From positions 5,592 through 69,591 of the forward strand of contig JAEWBI010000020.1 in assembly GCA_023391185.1 (NCBI GenBank): a stretch of DNA of 64,000 nucleotides. The letters are read 5' to 3'. Source of the stretch: Bacillota bacterium (GTDB lineage: Bacteria > Bacillota_I > Bacilli_A > RF39 > UBA660). How positions within the stretch are numbered: the first letter of the stretch is position 1; each line of letters opens with the position of its first letter. Below, in pieces: positions 21,135 through 32,486 of the stretch. The translations under genes and the position numbers were made by a program. The notes under the pieces were generated by a model. The model had not been told where the DNA came from. It saw nothing but the letters and a program-made list of their open reading frames with translations, and ran no database searches.

Positions 21135-21791
21135 CTAGTTCAAATTATTTCTTAGTTTTGTTAAGACTTTTTGTTCTTTTCTTGATACTTGGACTTGTGT
21201 CATACCCAAATTGCTAGCTGTTTGCATTTGAGTCTTATCATCAAAATATCTATTTCTTATAATTTCAAGTTCAGCTGAATCAAGTTTTGTAAGTTCTTGC
21301 TTTAAAGCAATTAAAGTGTTAATATCTAGACTTTTAGCTGGTATAGTTTCATGAAGAGTTACCTCTTTTGAATCACAAGCAATTGGTTCGTCAATACTTT
21401 TCACTTCCCTTTTGCTATTTAAAGCTTCGTTAACTAGTTCCTCAGGTATACCAAGAAAACTAGATAATTCACTTGTTGTTGGTAATCTATATAATCTTTG
21501 TGCCAACATATTTGACGCTTGCTCTATTTTAGAATTTAATGAACTAATATTTCTACTTATCTTTATAGATTTGTCTTCTCTTATAAACTTTTTCATTTCT
21601 CCTAAAATATATGTATAGGCATATGTCGTAAATTTTATATCAAAACTTTCATTATAATTTTGATATGCTTTTATCATTCCTATTACTCCTACTTGAAACA
21701 AATCTTCCTTATTACCATAATTACTAAAATAATTAGTAATTGAATAAATTAAATTTTGATTATTTAGTATTACTTGTTCAATAGGTTCCAT
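21135..21791 (-). CDS. sigF: Sporulation-type sigma-70-family sigma factor (SigF/SigG-like).
   Basis: Strong motif identity to B. subtilis SigF. Region 2: EDLFQVGVIGMIKAYQNYNESFDIKFTTYAYTYILGEMKKFIREDKSIKISR. Region 4: TQVQVSRKEQKVLTKLR. It lies directly downstream of a SpoIIAA-like STAS gene and upstream (after two glycosyltransferase genes) of spoVA, mirroring the B. subtilis spoIIA-spoVA arrangement. Confidence 0.75.
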   Translation of the reverse strand: MEPIEQVILNNQNLIYSITNYFSNYGNKEDLFQVGVIGMIKAYQNYNESFDIKFTTYAYTYILGEMKKFIREDKSIKISRNISSLNSKIEQASNMLAQRLYRLPTTSELSSFLGIPEELVNEALNSKREVKSIDEPIACDSKEVTLHETIPAKSLDINTLIALKQELTKLDSAELEIIRNRYFDDKTQMQTASNLGMTQVQVSRKEQKVLTKLRNNLN

Positions 21792-21802
21792 TTTTTATCT
21801 CC

Positions 21803-22144
21803 TTAAATATTAAATATATTTAATGCTGTTAATTCATTACTAGTTATGGGAATAAAACCTTTCATACCTTTTGTAAAGGCGCTTTCTACTGTACTATTTA
21901 TATTACATATTATTGAATCACCATGATTTTTTTTGCATAATTCATAATTATATATTAAAGAATTTATGCCATTAACATCTATTTCACTTATGTTTTCTAG
22001 ATTAAAAACAATGTTCCGTATACCATTGTCAAAAATCATTTCAGAGACATCTTCGTATAATTTATTACTTGTCTCACCATTTAATTTACCATCTAATCTA
22101 ATAAATAGAATCCCTTTTATAAACTCCATTTCTATTTCGAGCAT
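21803..22144 (-). CDS. spoIIAA: STAS-domain anti-sigma-factor antagonist (SpoIIAA-like).
   Basis: A 113-aa protein that aligns by eye to SpoIIAA (FIRLDGKLNGETSNKL...IRNIVFNLENISEIDVNGINSLI). The conserved phosphorylatable Ser in the DSSG motif is replaced by DVNG. Confidence 0.7.
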   Translation of the reverse strand: MLEIEMEFIKGILFIRLDGKLNGETSNKLYEDVSEMIFDNGIRNIVFNLENISEIDVNGINSLIYNYELCKKNHGDSIICNINSTVESAFTKGMKGFIPITSNELTALNIFNI

Positions 22145-22210
22145 TTAATCACCTTCCTATATAATTTAGCACAACTTTTCTGGCAATTATTCAATTTCGA
22201 CAAAACTAGA

Positions 22211-23596
22211 CTATTTTTTCAAAAGTCTTTTTTCGACAAATTTATCCATAACAAATATTATCGTTAGGCAAACAAGAATTATAGGAAAATTAATTGATTG
22301 TTTTCTTAATGTTTTCTCTTCATCAAAAGATTTTCTCTCCTCTAATTCTTTTATTTTTAACTTGTAATTATTTATTTCTTCCTTTAATAAATTTATCTCC
22401 TTAGTACTTGAAATTATATTTTCTTTAATTTCTAAATTCTTTTCATCAACACTATATGTTGCTGATTTAGCTGCATCTAATAAGTAATCTATGTACTGTT
22501 CTTGCTGTTTTAAAGCATATAAATAGTTATCCTTTATATCAACTTTTACAGTAGTTGATACAGTCTTAAACGGTAATATAAAATTAATATTATAAGTTCC
22601 GTTAATATTAGGATTTAAATTACTTGTTATATCAATATTATCTACTGTGCTTTCTAATATAAAATCTTTTAAATTAATGTTTTTATCATCAATAATTAAA
22701 TCATCTTTAATAACAACTTTATCACGCACCCGATATCTATAATATGTTTTATAATCTTCATAATCAATTTTGAATTCTTCAGTTTCCTCTGATAAGTATA
22801 AATCCTCATATATTTTTGTAGTAAATTCTTGTCTTTTTAGTAGATAATTATTACGATATGCAAGATAGTTATCAATAATTTTTCCATTTATTTCACTATC
22901 ACAGTAGACAGTATTCGTTGTATTTAAATATAATTCTTCAACATCATAAAAATTATGTACAAAGAATGTTGTGTTTGTTTCAGAAGAATCATCAATCAAA
23001 GAATTAACAAATATTTTTTTACTAAATGGATCACTATCATTATTCATATATAAAGCTAAATTTGCTTTAGCATTCTCTTGTTTTTTTATAGATATGTTTA
23101 TTTCTAAATCACCTAAGTTATAATCTTTATCAATATAAAAAATAAACATATCATTTGTATACATATCAAAATTAGCATTATCTATTAAAACTTCATCTGT
23201 TTTAGTATTAAAAGCAAAGATGTGATTAACATGTAGGTTCCTATCTAAGTTTTTTAAATAAAAATACTTAAGTTTCTTGAATGGTTGATATGTATATGCA
23301 TTACACTGTTCTATTTGATAATTAATATCTAGTAAATCTTTATCTTTTACCCAATTAGAATAAATATTAGGATAATCACCTGTTTCTTTATGTAATTGAT
23401 CTTCTACATATTGGTAATCTATTTTTTCTTTGTACGCATGATATAATTTTTTGGTTTCTACTAAAGTAACATCATTAGATTTTTGTTCAAGTTCGGAATA
23501 ACTTGTAAAATCTCCATAGTCCCCATAGTAAGTTTTAGCAGACACAGGCTTAATAAAACTACATATTAACCCTATAAAAATTAATGTTTTTTTCAT
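22211..23596 (-). CDS. Hypothetical secreted protein with a Sec signal peptide, a C-terminal coiled coil and a C-terminal TM anchor.
   Basis: A 461-aa protein. Signal: MKKTLIFIGLICSFIKPVSA. C-terminal TM: FPIILVCLTIIFVM. No recognisable catalytic motifs. Confidence 0.45.
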   Translation of the reverse strand: MKKTLIFIGLICSFIKPVSAKTYYGDYGDFTSYSELEQKSNDVTLVETKKLYHAYKEKIDYQYVEDQLHKETGDYPNIYSNWVKDKDLLDINYQIEQCNAYTYQPFKKLKYFYLKNLDRNLHVNHIFAFNTKTDEVLIDNANFDMYTNDMFIFYIDKDYNLGDLEINISIKKQENAKANLALYMNNDSDPFSKKIFVNSLIDDSSETNTTFFVHNFYDVEELYLNTTNTVYCDSEINGKIIDNYLAYRNNYLLKRQEFTTKIYEDLYLSEETEEFKIDYEDYKTYYRYRVRDKVVIKDDLIIDDKNINLKDFILESTVDNIDITSNLNPNINGTYNINFILPFKTVSTTVKVDIKDNYLYALKQQEQYIDYLLDAAKSATYSVDEKNLEIKENIISSTKEINLLKEEINNYKLKIKELEERKSFDEEKTLRKQSINFPIILVCLTIIFVMDKFVEKRLLKK

Positions 23597-23703
23597 TTTT
23601 CACCTCCCTATTTATATGTTATAAGAGAAAATTTATATTTCCTTTTTATAATTCAAATAAAAGAATGTGCAAAAGCACATTCTTTTAAGTATATTATTTA
23701 AAA

Positions 23704-26079
23704 CTATACACATGTATAATTTTCTATTGAATTAATATTAATTTTGTTATTACCATTTATTACTTCGCTTATTACAATATTCTCATAAACATCACGAATT
23801 ATTTTATCTATCTTACGGGCACCAAAATCTTTAAAATTAGATTTATCTATTATTTCATCAATAATTTTCTTGTTATATTCAACAACTATTTGTTTTTTTG
23901 CATATTTTAGTTTAATACTTTGTAACTTATCAGTAACTATTTTTATTAAATCACTTCTATTTAAATAGTTAAACGATATTGTGTCATCTATACGATTAAT
24001 GAAGGCTGTAGAGAACGATTCTTTTTGCTTACTTACTAAATTACTATCTTCTTTTACAAAGCCAATTGGATTATTTTCAAATCCTACATTGGTAGTCATA
24101 ATAATAATCACATTATTAAATAATACTTCTCTACCCATTGCGTCTTTTATTTTACTATCCTCTAATATTTGAAAAAATAAATTTAATACATCATTATGAG
24201 CTTTTTCTATTTCATCTAAAATTAGTACAGTATTAGGTTTATTTCTTATATCCTCAAGTATATTATGATTATCACTATATCCAACATATCCTGGAGGAGC
24301 ACCCACTATCTTACTTATTGAATGAGGTTCTCTAAACTCACTCATATCTAATTTTATAGTATTTCTTTTGCCAACCATGAATTCTCCAAATAGTGAAGCT
24401 AGATAGGTCTTTCCAACGCCAGATGGCCCTGAAAATAAGAATGAATAACATCTATTATCTTCTTTTAATCCAAGTTTTATTCTCTTCCCTATTTTTACAA
24501 TTTGGTCAATTGCGTATTTTTGACCAATAATGTTTTCTTTGAGTTTCGTTTCTAACTTGTTTACATTTTTAATATCAGTAGAAGTTACTTCATAAACAGG
24601 GATTTTACTTCTTGTTGAAATAACTTTAGCTACATCTTCCCTAGATACTTTGTTTAAAACTTTCTTTTTATTTAGTTTTAACTCTAATATATTCACTTTA
24701 TCCTGAATTAAATTCTCTTCATTCTTTAATTCTTTAGCTAAAACATAGTTATCATCAAGAATACTTTTCCTTTTGTTTAATTTAATTGTTTCGACCTTTA
24801 ATAATAAATCATTATATTCCTTTATTAATTTATTTTCTTTTATGCTTGCTTTCGCACAAACTTCATCAAGTATATCTATTGCTTTATCAGGTTGTTTTCG
24901 GTCATAAATATATTTTTCAGATAATTCAATAATTAATTCAATAATATCATCATTTAATTTAACCATATGATAGTTTTCATATATAGGTTTTAATTTTAAT
25001 AGTATCTTTTTTGTTTCTTCTCTGTTTGGTGGCTCAATAAAGACTTTTTGAAATCTTCTTTCTAGAGCAGCATCATTTTCAATATACTTTTTATATTCTT
25101 CTGTTGTTGTAGCTCCAATACATTTAAGTTTATTTCGAGCGAGAGATGGTTTAAATATGTTTGAGGCATCAATTGCACCTTCAGCACCACCAGCGCCAAC
25201 TAGAGTATGAATCTCATCTATAAATAGAATTATTTCCTCATTATCTTCAACTTCCTTTAATATCTTTTTAAGACGCTCCTCAAATTCTCCACGATACTTA
25301 GTTCCTGCCACAGTACTTGCCATATCAACACTAATTATTCTTTTATTTTTCAAACTATTTGGTACTTGTTTTTTCGCTATACGACTACTTAATTCTTCAA
25401 CTATAGCAGTCTTTCCAACCCCTGCATCTCCAATTAATAGTGGGTTATTTTTAGTTCTACGCATTAATATTTCAATAATCCTATTTAATTCTTCTTCTCT
25501 ACCTATGACAGGATCTAATTCATTATTTTCAGCTTTTTTATTTAAATCAATTCCTATTTCTTCTAATAATAATTTCTTCGTCTTTTTCTTTTTGTCTGCC
25601 TTATTTATATAGAATTCTTTATATAAACTATCTATATCTACTTCCATAGAAAGAAGTATTCTTATTGCAATACCTTCTCCTTCATCAAGTAAGTTTAGAA
25701 ACAGGTGTTCTATCATTACCTCGCTGTTTGAATCTTTACTATCAACAATAGAATTTTCTATAATTCTTCTAAGCATAGGAGTATATAAAAACCATTCGCT
25801 TTGCTTACTACCCATGCCAATTATGTTTATTATTTCCTTTTTGACATTTTCATAATTTATATTATATTCCATTAATTTTTTGCTTACATTATTTTTTCCC
25901 TTTAATATAGCAAGTAAAAGGTGTTCACTTCCTATATAAGGGTGTTTTAAATTACTCATTTCCTCTTTTGCTGCAACTATAACTACTCTTGCTTCTTCTG
26001 AAAAATTCCCAAACATAATAATCATCTCCTCTAGTATTATTCTATGACTATTATGATAAATATTTTGTCTTTTAAACAC
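23704..26079 (-). CDS. clpC: ClpC-type AAA+ ATPase (two Clp_N repeats, two AAA modules, IGF ClpP-docking loop).
   Basis: Walker A motifs are [14 protein letters not shown] and [13 protein letters not shown]. The IGF tripeptide (NPIGFVKED) is present. The Clp_N region reads [15 protein letters not shown]...[10 protein letters not shown]. The true start is probably the internal Met at about 26016 ([10 protein letters not shown]). Confidence 0.85.
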   Translation of the reverse strand: MFKRQNIYHNSHRIILEEMIIMFGNFSEEARVVIVAAKEEMSNLKHPYIGSEHLLLAILKGKNNVSKKLMEYNINYENVKKEIINIIGMGSKQSEWFLYTPMLRRIIENSIVDSKDSNSEVMIEHLFLNLLDEGEGIAIRILLSMEVDIDSLYKEFYINKADKKKKTKKLLLEEIGIDLNKKAENNELDPVIGREEELNRIIEILMRRTKNNPLLIGDAGVGKTAIVEELSSRIAKKQVPNSLKNKRIISVDMASTVAGTKYRGEFEERLKKILKEVEDNEEIILFIDEIHTLVGAGGAEGAIDASNIFKPSLARNKLKCIGATTTEEYKKYIENDAALERRFQKVFIEPPNREETKKILLKLKPIYENYHMVKLNDDIIELIIELSEKYIYDRKQPDKAIDILDEVCAKASIKENKLIKEYNDLLLKVETIKLNKRKSILDDNYVLAKELKNEENLIQDKVNILELKLNKKKVLNKVSREDVAKVISTRSKIPVYEVTSTDIKNVNKLETKLKENIIGQKYAIDQIVKIGKRIKLGLKEDNRCYSFLFSGPSGVGKTYLASLFGEFMVGKRNTIKLDMSEFREPHSISKIVGAPPGYVGYSDNHNILEDIRNKPNTVLILDEIEKAHNDVLNLFFQILEDSKIKDAMGREVLFNNVIIIMTTNVGFENNPIGFVKEDSNLVSKQKESFSTAFINRIDDTISFNYLNRSDLIKIVTDKLQSIKLKYAKKQIVVEYNKKIIDEIIDKSNFKDFGARKIDKIIRDVYENIVISEVINGNNKININSIENYTCV

Positions 26080-26101
26080 AGGAAATAAAAAAAAGAAGTA
26101 A

Positions 26102-28372
26102 TTATTTTTTACTTCCTTTATTTATTTCTTTATAAGTTACTACTCCAATCAAAGCTAATCCTATAAATAATAAGTATAGCCATGATGGAATAACCTGCCA
26201 TATATTTCTTAATTGATATAAGATATTTATTATTGTAAAACAAATACCAGTTACAAATAGATTACGATAATCATCATCTATTAAACCTATCAATATTAAT
26301 ATTAGTGATACTAGACCAGCATATAATCCTGTCAAAACACTATTACTAAATATTATTATTAGTAATGATATTACTGATATTATTGTAGATAGTAAGCTTG
26401 CTTTATTTTTATCTTTGATAACATTTTTACATGTTAAATATGTCATATAAAATACTACAGTGAAAGTTAAAATAAGTGTAAACTCTTTATCCATAACATA
26501 TTTATCAATTATATTAGTAATTGGAAAAATAAGTGCATATCCTGTTATAACATAAGATATTTTATCTTTTCTAGTAAATATCATTATACTAATAAATGAT
26601 AGTAATGAAATTAGTGAAAGATATGCTTCACTGTATGAGAAGAAACTTCTACTAAATGTTAGATAAATAACTGAAAGCATAAATAATAATAACGGAGTTT
26701 TAACTTGTTTTAAAATTGATGCCTTTGATATTGAAGCATATATATAAGTAGCTACTGACATAAGTACTATAATCATTTCAGAAATAAGTTCTTTATCAGT
26801 ATAGTTTGTAAAAGCGGCTAAGAAAAGAGCAATTAAAGTAATTATTATGTTTACTTCATTTATAGCTGTTTTTTTAGAAAAATATGCCATTAATCCATAT
26901 ATAAAAGTTGCTAGAACAAGTATTTGAACCGAAGTAAAATTTAATATACATAGACCTAAAGCTAAAATAATTGGTCCCACTTTAATAGGAGTTAAATAGT
27001 ATTCATATTTTAATTTATCTTCACTTTTCATAAGCATTAAATATATCATTGATGTCATAAATATCATTATAGCACATCCAATTATGGTATATGTATCTCC
27101 ATATGTTATGTATGAAAATGAAAGACTAGGCATATAAGATATTTCAATATTTGTTAAAAAAGCTATAAGCATTAATATATTCGCTAATATTATATATGTT
27201 TTTGCAAATTCTTTATATTTTAGTAGGAACTTTGTATACATAAGAATGCTATATAATACAGAAATTGCAGCAATTATAGTTATAACTATAAAATAACATG
27301 AATAGTTAAGAGAATAACTTCCTAAGAAGATTATCATGTTTACTGCTAAACCATTTAAGAATGATAGTTTACTATCCTTTTCTTTAGTAGTTATAAATAA
27401 TATTGATGAAATTAATACTACACTATTTAGTATAATAGCAAGATTACTTATTTGTGCAAAACTACCTATCGTAAATAATCCTAACATATATGATGCAAAT
27501 AAAGTGAAATTCTTAATACCAATAATTCTCTTTATTTTATCTTTTGGAACTATATTTAAAATTAGTAAGATTAAATTGATTATTAACAAATTAAATCCTA
27601 ATTCAAGTTTAAAATAATTAAATAAGTAGATTATTGCTACTATTAGTGTTAAATATGTTGGTGTAATTAAATTAACATTATTATATTTCTTATATGATAT
27701 ATATAATAAGAAAGATATTAATAAAGCATTTGAAGAGCAATATAAACTTGATCCTAAGCCTTGAGTAGAAAGATACTGTCCAAATATACCAAAATAGCCT
27801 ATTGAATAATAAGAACACCAAACAAAACAGATACCAAGTAAATAATAAACAATAGAAGATCTTTTTAGATCAAAAGTTTTTTCACATAAATAAGATAGCC
27901 CAAAAAATAATCCAGCTCCAACAACAAGTGAAAGTGTCTTTATTATATCTGGGATACCATTCCAAGAAGTGCTAGCAAAAATAAAACCAGCTAATACTAC
28001 CATAAATACACCAAGTTTTAATAAAATATCTAATTTCCTTTTCTCTGGATCTAGTTTTTCTCTATTTATCGCATTCATAGGTGAACCACGACGATAATCA
28101 TTACCACTTAATAAGTTAATTTTATCAACTGCAAGAAGTAATACTACTGCAGAAATTGGATTAGCAAATAGTAATAGTATACCTATAATTAATATTATAG
28201 ATTTGTCTCTTTTGATTTCAAAATCTGACTTATTAGCTAGATTATATAAATACATCCCTGTAATTAATAATATTATACTTCTAATAATTCCAAAACTTCT
28301 AAAGTTATATAAGACACTTAAAGCTATAAAAATAAAATTTAATACTCCACAAAACCTGAATTTTTCACGCAT
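26102..28372 (-). CDS. Hypothetical large polytopic membrane protein (more than 20 predicted TM helices).
   Basis: A 756-aa protein that is almost entirely hydrophobic helices. No motif recognised. Confidence 0.45.
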   Translation of the reverse strand: MREKFRFCGVLNFIFIALSVLYNFRSFGIIRSIILLITGMYLYNLANKSDFEIKRDKSIILIIGILLLFANPISAVVLLLAVDKINLLSGNDYRRGSPMNAINREKLDPEKRKLDILLKLGVFMVVLAGFIFASTSWNGIPDIIKTLSLVVGAGLFFGLSYLCEKTFDLKRSSIVYYLLGICFVWCSYYSIGYFGIFGQYLSTQGLGSSLYCSSNALLISFLLYISYKKYNNVNLITPTYLTLIVAIIYLFNYFKLELGFNLLIINLILLILNIVPKDKIKRIIGIKNFTLFASYMLGLFTIGSFAQISNLAIILNSVVLISSILFITTKEKDSKLSFLNGLAVNMIIFLGSYSLNYSCYFIVITIIAAISVLYSILMYTKFLLKYKEFAKTYIILANILMLIAFLTNIEISYMPSLSFSYITYGDTYTIIGCAIMIFMTSMIYLMLMKSEDKLKYEYYLTPIKVGPIILALGLCILNFTSVQILVLATFIYGLMAYFSKKTAINEVNIIITLIALFLAAFTNYTDKELISEMIIVLMSVATYIYASISKASILKQVKTPLLLFMLSVIYLTFSRSFFSYSEAYLSLISLLSFISIMIFTRKDKISYVITGYALIFPITNIIDKYVMDKEFTLILTFTVVFYMTYLTCKNVIKDKNKASLLSTIISVISLLIIIFSNSVLTGLYAGLVSLILILIGLIDDDYRNLFVTGICFTIINILYQLRNIWQVIPSWLYLLFIGLALIGVVTYKEINKGSKK

Positions 28373-28435
28373 ACAAAAACCTACCTTCTTTATAATAATT
28401 ATATCACTATATAAAAAAAAATATAAGATATTATC

Positions 28436-30307
28436 TTATATTTCTGTTTCTTCAAATTGAGAGTTATATAAATTTGCGTAAAATCCACCTTTTTCAAGTA
28501 AATCATTATGTGTTCCAGTTTCTACTATATCACCTTTATCCATTACTAATATTAAATCAGCATTTTTTATTGTTGATAAACGATGAGCTATAACGAAACT
28601 AGTTCTACCTTCCATAAGTTTATCCATAGCTTTTTGAATTAGGATTTCAGTTCTAGTATCTACGCTACTTGTTGCTTCATCTAAAATAAGTATTTTAGGA
28701 TCGGCTAGTATAACTCTTGCTATTGTAAGAAGTTGTTTTTGTCCTTGTGATATATTATCACTTTCTTCATTTAAAACCATGTCATATGTATCAGGAAGAG
28801 TTTTAATAAAGTGATGAACACTAGCAGCACGGCAAGCATCTTTTACTTCTTCGATACTAGCATCAAGTTTACCATATCTAATATTATCAGCTATAGTACC
28901 ACTATAAAGCCATGTATCTTGTAATACCATACCAAACTGGCTTCTTAGTTCTCCACGCTTATAGTCTCTTATATCATGTCCATCTACTATAATTTTACCA
29001 CTATTTATATCGTAAAATCTCATAAGTAATTTTACCATAGTCGTTTTTCCTGCCCCAGTAGGACCTACTATTGCAATCTTTTGACCAGATTTTATTTTAG
29101 CACTAAAATTATTAATAATTGGTTGGTTTTCATTATAACCAAAACCAACATGTTCAAATTCTATATTACCTTTAACATTTTCAGTAGATACAGCATCTTT
29201 AATATCTTTTACTTCTTCAGGTTCATTTAAGAACTCAAATACTCTTTCAGCAGCTGCTACAGTAGACTGTATCATACTTGATATTTGAGCAAGTTGTGCA
29301 ATTGGTTGATTAAAGTTTCTAACATACTGTGTAAAAGAAACAATATTACCTACAGTAATCTTATTTTTTACTGCTAAGTAACCACCTAATATAGAAACCA
29401 TTACATAACTAATATTACCTACAAAACTCATAAGCGGCCACATAATACCTGATAAGAATTGACTTTTCCATGCTGAACTAAATAACTTAGTATTACATTC
29501 ATCAAATTTATCTAAAGCTTTTTCTTCACCATTAAAAGCTTTTACAACATCATGTCCTCCGTATACTTCTTCAACAATACCGTTTACTTCACCTAAGAAT
29601 TCTTGTTGTTCTTTAAAGTATTTTTGAGATTTTGATACAATAAATATTACACCACCTAGAGAAATTGGTAAGATAAGTAAAGTAGCTATTGTCATAGAAC
29701 CACTTATCTTTATCATCATTACAAGTACACCTATAATAGTTGCTACACTTGTAATAATTTGACTCAAACTTTGGGATAAATTTTGTGATAATGTATCTAC
29801 ATCGTTAGTTATTCTTGATAAGATTTCACCATGTGTTTTCTTATCAAAATACTTCATTGGTAATTTATTTATTTTTTCACTTAAATCTTTTCTTAATTCA
29901 TATGATACTTTACAAGAAATTGAATTCATTATATATCCTTGAATATAAGAAAAGAATGCACTTAGAACATATAATCCAAATAATAACAATAAAGTTTTAT
30001 TAATTACATTAAAATTCATTTCTCCTGTACCACTTATTTTAGCAACTAAACCAGTGTATATTTCAGTTACTACATCACCTAAAATATCTGGTCCAACTAT
30101 TGAAAAAATAGTACTTAATATAGAGAATACTATTACTATAAATATACTTGCTTTATACTTCTTCATATATTTAACAAGTTTACTAAAGGATTCTTTAAAG
30201 TTTTTTGGTTTTTCAACAACACCATGCATACCACCCATTGGGCCTCCACCCATTGGACCGCCTTTTGATCTATTTTTTTCATTAGACATTAGATAATTCC
30301 TCCTCAC
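28436..30307 (-). CDS. ABC exporter, fused permease/ATPase subunit (heterodimer partner).
   Basis: Walker A GPTGAGKTT, signature ISQGQKQL, Walker B ILILDEATSSVD. The N-terminus carries a GGPMGGGPMGGMHG low-complexity repeat. Confidence 0.85.
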   Translation of the reverse strand: MRRNYLMSNEKNRSKGGPMGGGPMGGMHGVVEKPKNFKESFSKLVKYMKKYKASIFIVIVFSILSTIFSIVGPDILGDVVTEIYTGLVAKISGTGEMNFNVINKTLLLLFGLYVLSAFFSYIQGYIMNSISCKVSYELRKDLSEKINKLPMKYFDKKTHGEILSRITNDVDTLSQNLSQSLSQIITSVATIIGVLVMMIKISGSMTIATLLILPISLGGVIFIVSKSQKYFKEQQEFLGEVNGIVEEVYGGHDVVKAFNGEEKALDKFDECNTKLFSSAWKSQFLSGIMWPLMSFVGNISYVMVSILGGYLAVKNKITVGNIVSFTQYVRNFNQPIAQLAQISSMIQSTVAAAERVFEFLNEPEEVKDIKDAVSTENVKGNIEFEHVGFGYNENQPIINNFSAKIKSGQKIAIVGPTGAGKTTMVKLLMRFYDINSGKIIVDGHDIRDYKRGELRSQFGMVLQDTWLYSGTIADNIRYGKLDASIEEVKDACRAASVHHFIKTLPDTYDMVLNEESDNISQGQKQLLTIARVILADPKILILDEATSSVDTRTEILIQKAMDKLMEGRTSFVIAHRLSTIKNADLILVMDKGDIVETGTHNDLLEKGGFYANLYNSQFEETEI

Positions 30308-32486
30308 TAAGTTGTGATAGAGCTATCTCTCTATATACATCACAAGTTTCCATTAATTTTTTATGATTTCCAATACCAACTACTTTACCTTCATCAAGGA
30401 CAACTATTTGATCAGCATTTAAAATAGTACTAATTCTTTGAGCTACTATAAATACTGTTTTATCCTTAGTAACTTTTGCCAACTCACTACGTACTTTTGC
30501 ATCTGTCTTTAAGTCAAGAGCAGAAAAACTATCATCAAATATATATATATCTGGATTAATTGCAATAGCTCTTGCTATAGATAATCTTTGTCTTTGACCA
30601 CCTGATACATTTGTACCACCTTGTGAAATAGATGCTTCATAGCCACCATCTAGATTTTCAATAAAGCTATTTGCTTGAGCTATTGTAGCTGCTTCTTTCA
30701 TTTTTTTGTCAGTAATTTTAGAATCTCCATATTTTATATTACTTTCAACATCACCACTAAATAGCATACCCTTTTGTGGTACATAGCCTATTTTTGATCT
30801 TAGTGATTTTGTTGAGACATCTTTTATGTTCACACCATCAATTAAAATTGATCCCTCAGTAACATCATAAAATCTAGGTATTAAATTAATTAGTGTTGAT
30901 TTTCCACTACCAGTAGAACCAATAAATGCTGTTGTTGTTCCTGGCTTAGAAATAAAGTCAATATCTGTAATTACATCTTCATTAGCATCTGGATATCTAA
31001 AGCTAACTTTTCTAAATTCAACTAATCCTTTTTTAGAACTATCAAATTTCTTTAAACTTTCATTATCCTTAATTGATGACTCTGAATTAATTATTTCAAC
31101 TATTCTATTAGCTGATACACTTGCTCTTGGAAGCATAATACTCATCATACCAATAAATAAGAATGCCATTATTATTTGCATACTATATTGTATATAAGCC
31201 ATCATATCTCCAACTTGCATTACTCCATCATTTATACCGTATGCGCCTTTCCAAACGATAGCAACACATACTACATTCATAAGAAGTATCATAATTGGCA
31301 TCATAAGTGCCATAGTTCTATTAACAAATAAGTTAACCTTATTTAAAGAAGAATTGGCATCATCAAATCTTTTTTCTTCATGTTTTTCATTATGAAAAGC
31401 ACGTATAACTGGAATACCAGTTAATATTTCTCTAGTTACTAAATTTAACTTATCAATTAGTATTTGTATTTTTTTAAACTTAGGCATTACTATAGTAAAT
31501 AATCCAGTAATTATAATTAATAAAGCAGCTACAGCAGCAGCGATAATCCATCCCATTGAGCCCGAAGTATTAGTAGTTTTAATAATACCACCTACTGCAA
31601 TAATTGGTGCATAGAATACTACTCTCATAAGCATAACTATTATTTGTTGTACTTGCTGTATATCATTAGTAGTTCTAGTTATAAGTGAAGCAGTGCCATA
31701 GTTCTTCATTTCTGTCTTAGAAAAACCTACTACCTTAGAGAATACTTTATTTCTTAAAGTCATAGCAAGTCTTGCTGCTAAGCGTGAACCTAATAAACCA
31801 ATTATTATAGCAATAAGCATAATTAGTAATGCTATGCCTAACATTTTAGCACCACTAATTAATATATAATTAGTTTGTAATTTACCTGTATCAATACCAA
31901 TATGTTTATACTCATCTTTTATAGACATAATGGCTGTACTAGTAATAATTGTCTCTGGCATTTTCTCTAAAGACTTATTTACATTTTCAAGCATTGAATC
32001 AATTTGCTCAGCAGTCATGTATTTCAAAGCTGTATAGAAATCTCCATTTGCTGGAATATCAAATCCATATTCAGCTGCTTTTCCAGAAGAAATCATATAA
32101 TCAATCATCAGTGGTAATGATAAAATATCACTTATCTTTGTTTTGACATCTTCATCTTTAGTATTTAATTTATATAAATTTTCTGTTTCTAATAAAGGAT
32201 ATTTATCCTCATAATCATCATAATCTTCAGTAGTTAATTTATCATAATAACTATTTATATATTCTTTTTCATCATCTGACAAAAACAATGATATATTATC
32301 ATATTTACTTGCAGAAAGTACTGTAGCTGCAGCATTTTCAATACCATTTTGCTGAATACCAACATTAACTATTTTAGAAGTATAATCTGGTAATGCAAGA
32401 TCACAAAATGCTTGTGTTACTAGTAAAAGAATTATAAAAATAATTGAAATTATTGAAGACTTTAAATATTTAAATAATTTTAACAT
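30282..32486 (-). CDS. ABC exporter, fused permease/ATPase subunit, with a ~180-aa extracytoplasmic insertion between TM1 and TM2.
   Basis: Walker A GSTGSGKST, signature LSGGQRQR, Walker B IYIFDDSFSALD. The first TM is at residues 10-30 and the next at about residue 210. There is a 26-nt overlap with the partner ABC gene. Confidence 0.85.
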   Translation of the reverse strand: MLKLFKYLKSSIISIIFIILLLVTQAFCDLALPDYTSKIVNVGIQQNGIENAAATVLSASKYDNISLFLSDDEKEYINSYYDKLTTEDYDDYEDKYPLLETENLYKLNTKDEDVKTKISDILSLPLMIDYMISSGKAAEYGFDIPANGDFYTALKYMTAEQIDSMLENVNKSLEKMPETIITSTAIMSIKDEYKHIGIDTGKLQTNYILISGAKMLGIALLIMLIAIIIGLLGSRLAARLAMTLRNKVFSKVVGFSKTEMKNYGTASLITRTTNDIQQVQQIIVMLMRVVFYAPIIAVGGIIKTTNTSGSMGWIIAAAVAALLIIITGLFTIVMPKFKKIQILIDKLNLVTREILTGIPVIRAFHNEKHEEKRFDDANSSLNKVNLFVNRTMALMMPIMILLMNVVCVAIVWKGAYGINDGVMQVGDMMAYIQYSMQIIMAFLFIGMMSIMLPRASVSANRIVEIINSESSIKDNESLKKFDSSKKGLVEFRKVSFRYPDANEDVITDIDFISKPGTTTAFIGSTGSGKSTLINLIPRFYDVTEGSILIDGVNIKDVSTKSLRSKIGYVPQKGMLFSGDVESNIKYGDSKITDKKMKEAATIAQANSFIENLDGGYEASISQGGTNVSGGQRQRLSIARAIAINPDIYIFDDSFSALDLKTDAKVRSELAKVTKDKTVFIVAQRISTILNADQIVVLDEGKVVGIGNHKKLMETCDVYREIALSQLSEEELSNV

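Noticed and set aside
23704-26079. Treating the first ATG (26079) as the ClpC start.
   Set aside because: The encoded 21-aa leader ([21 protein letters not shown]) has no counterpart in ClpC proteins. The conserved N-terminus MFGNFSEEA starts at the internal Met near 26016. The coordinates are kept as given but the true start is probably internal.
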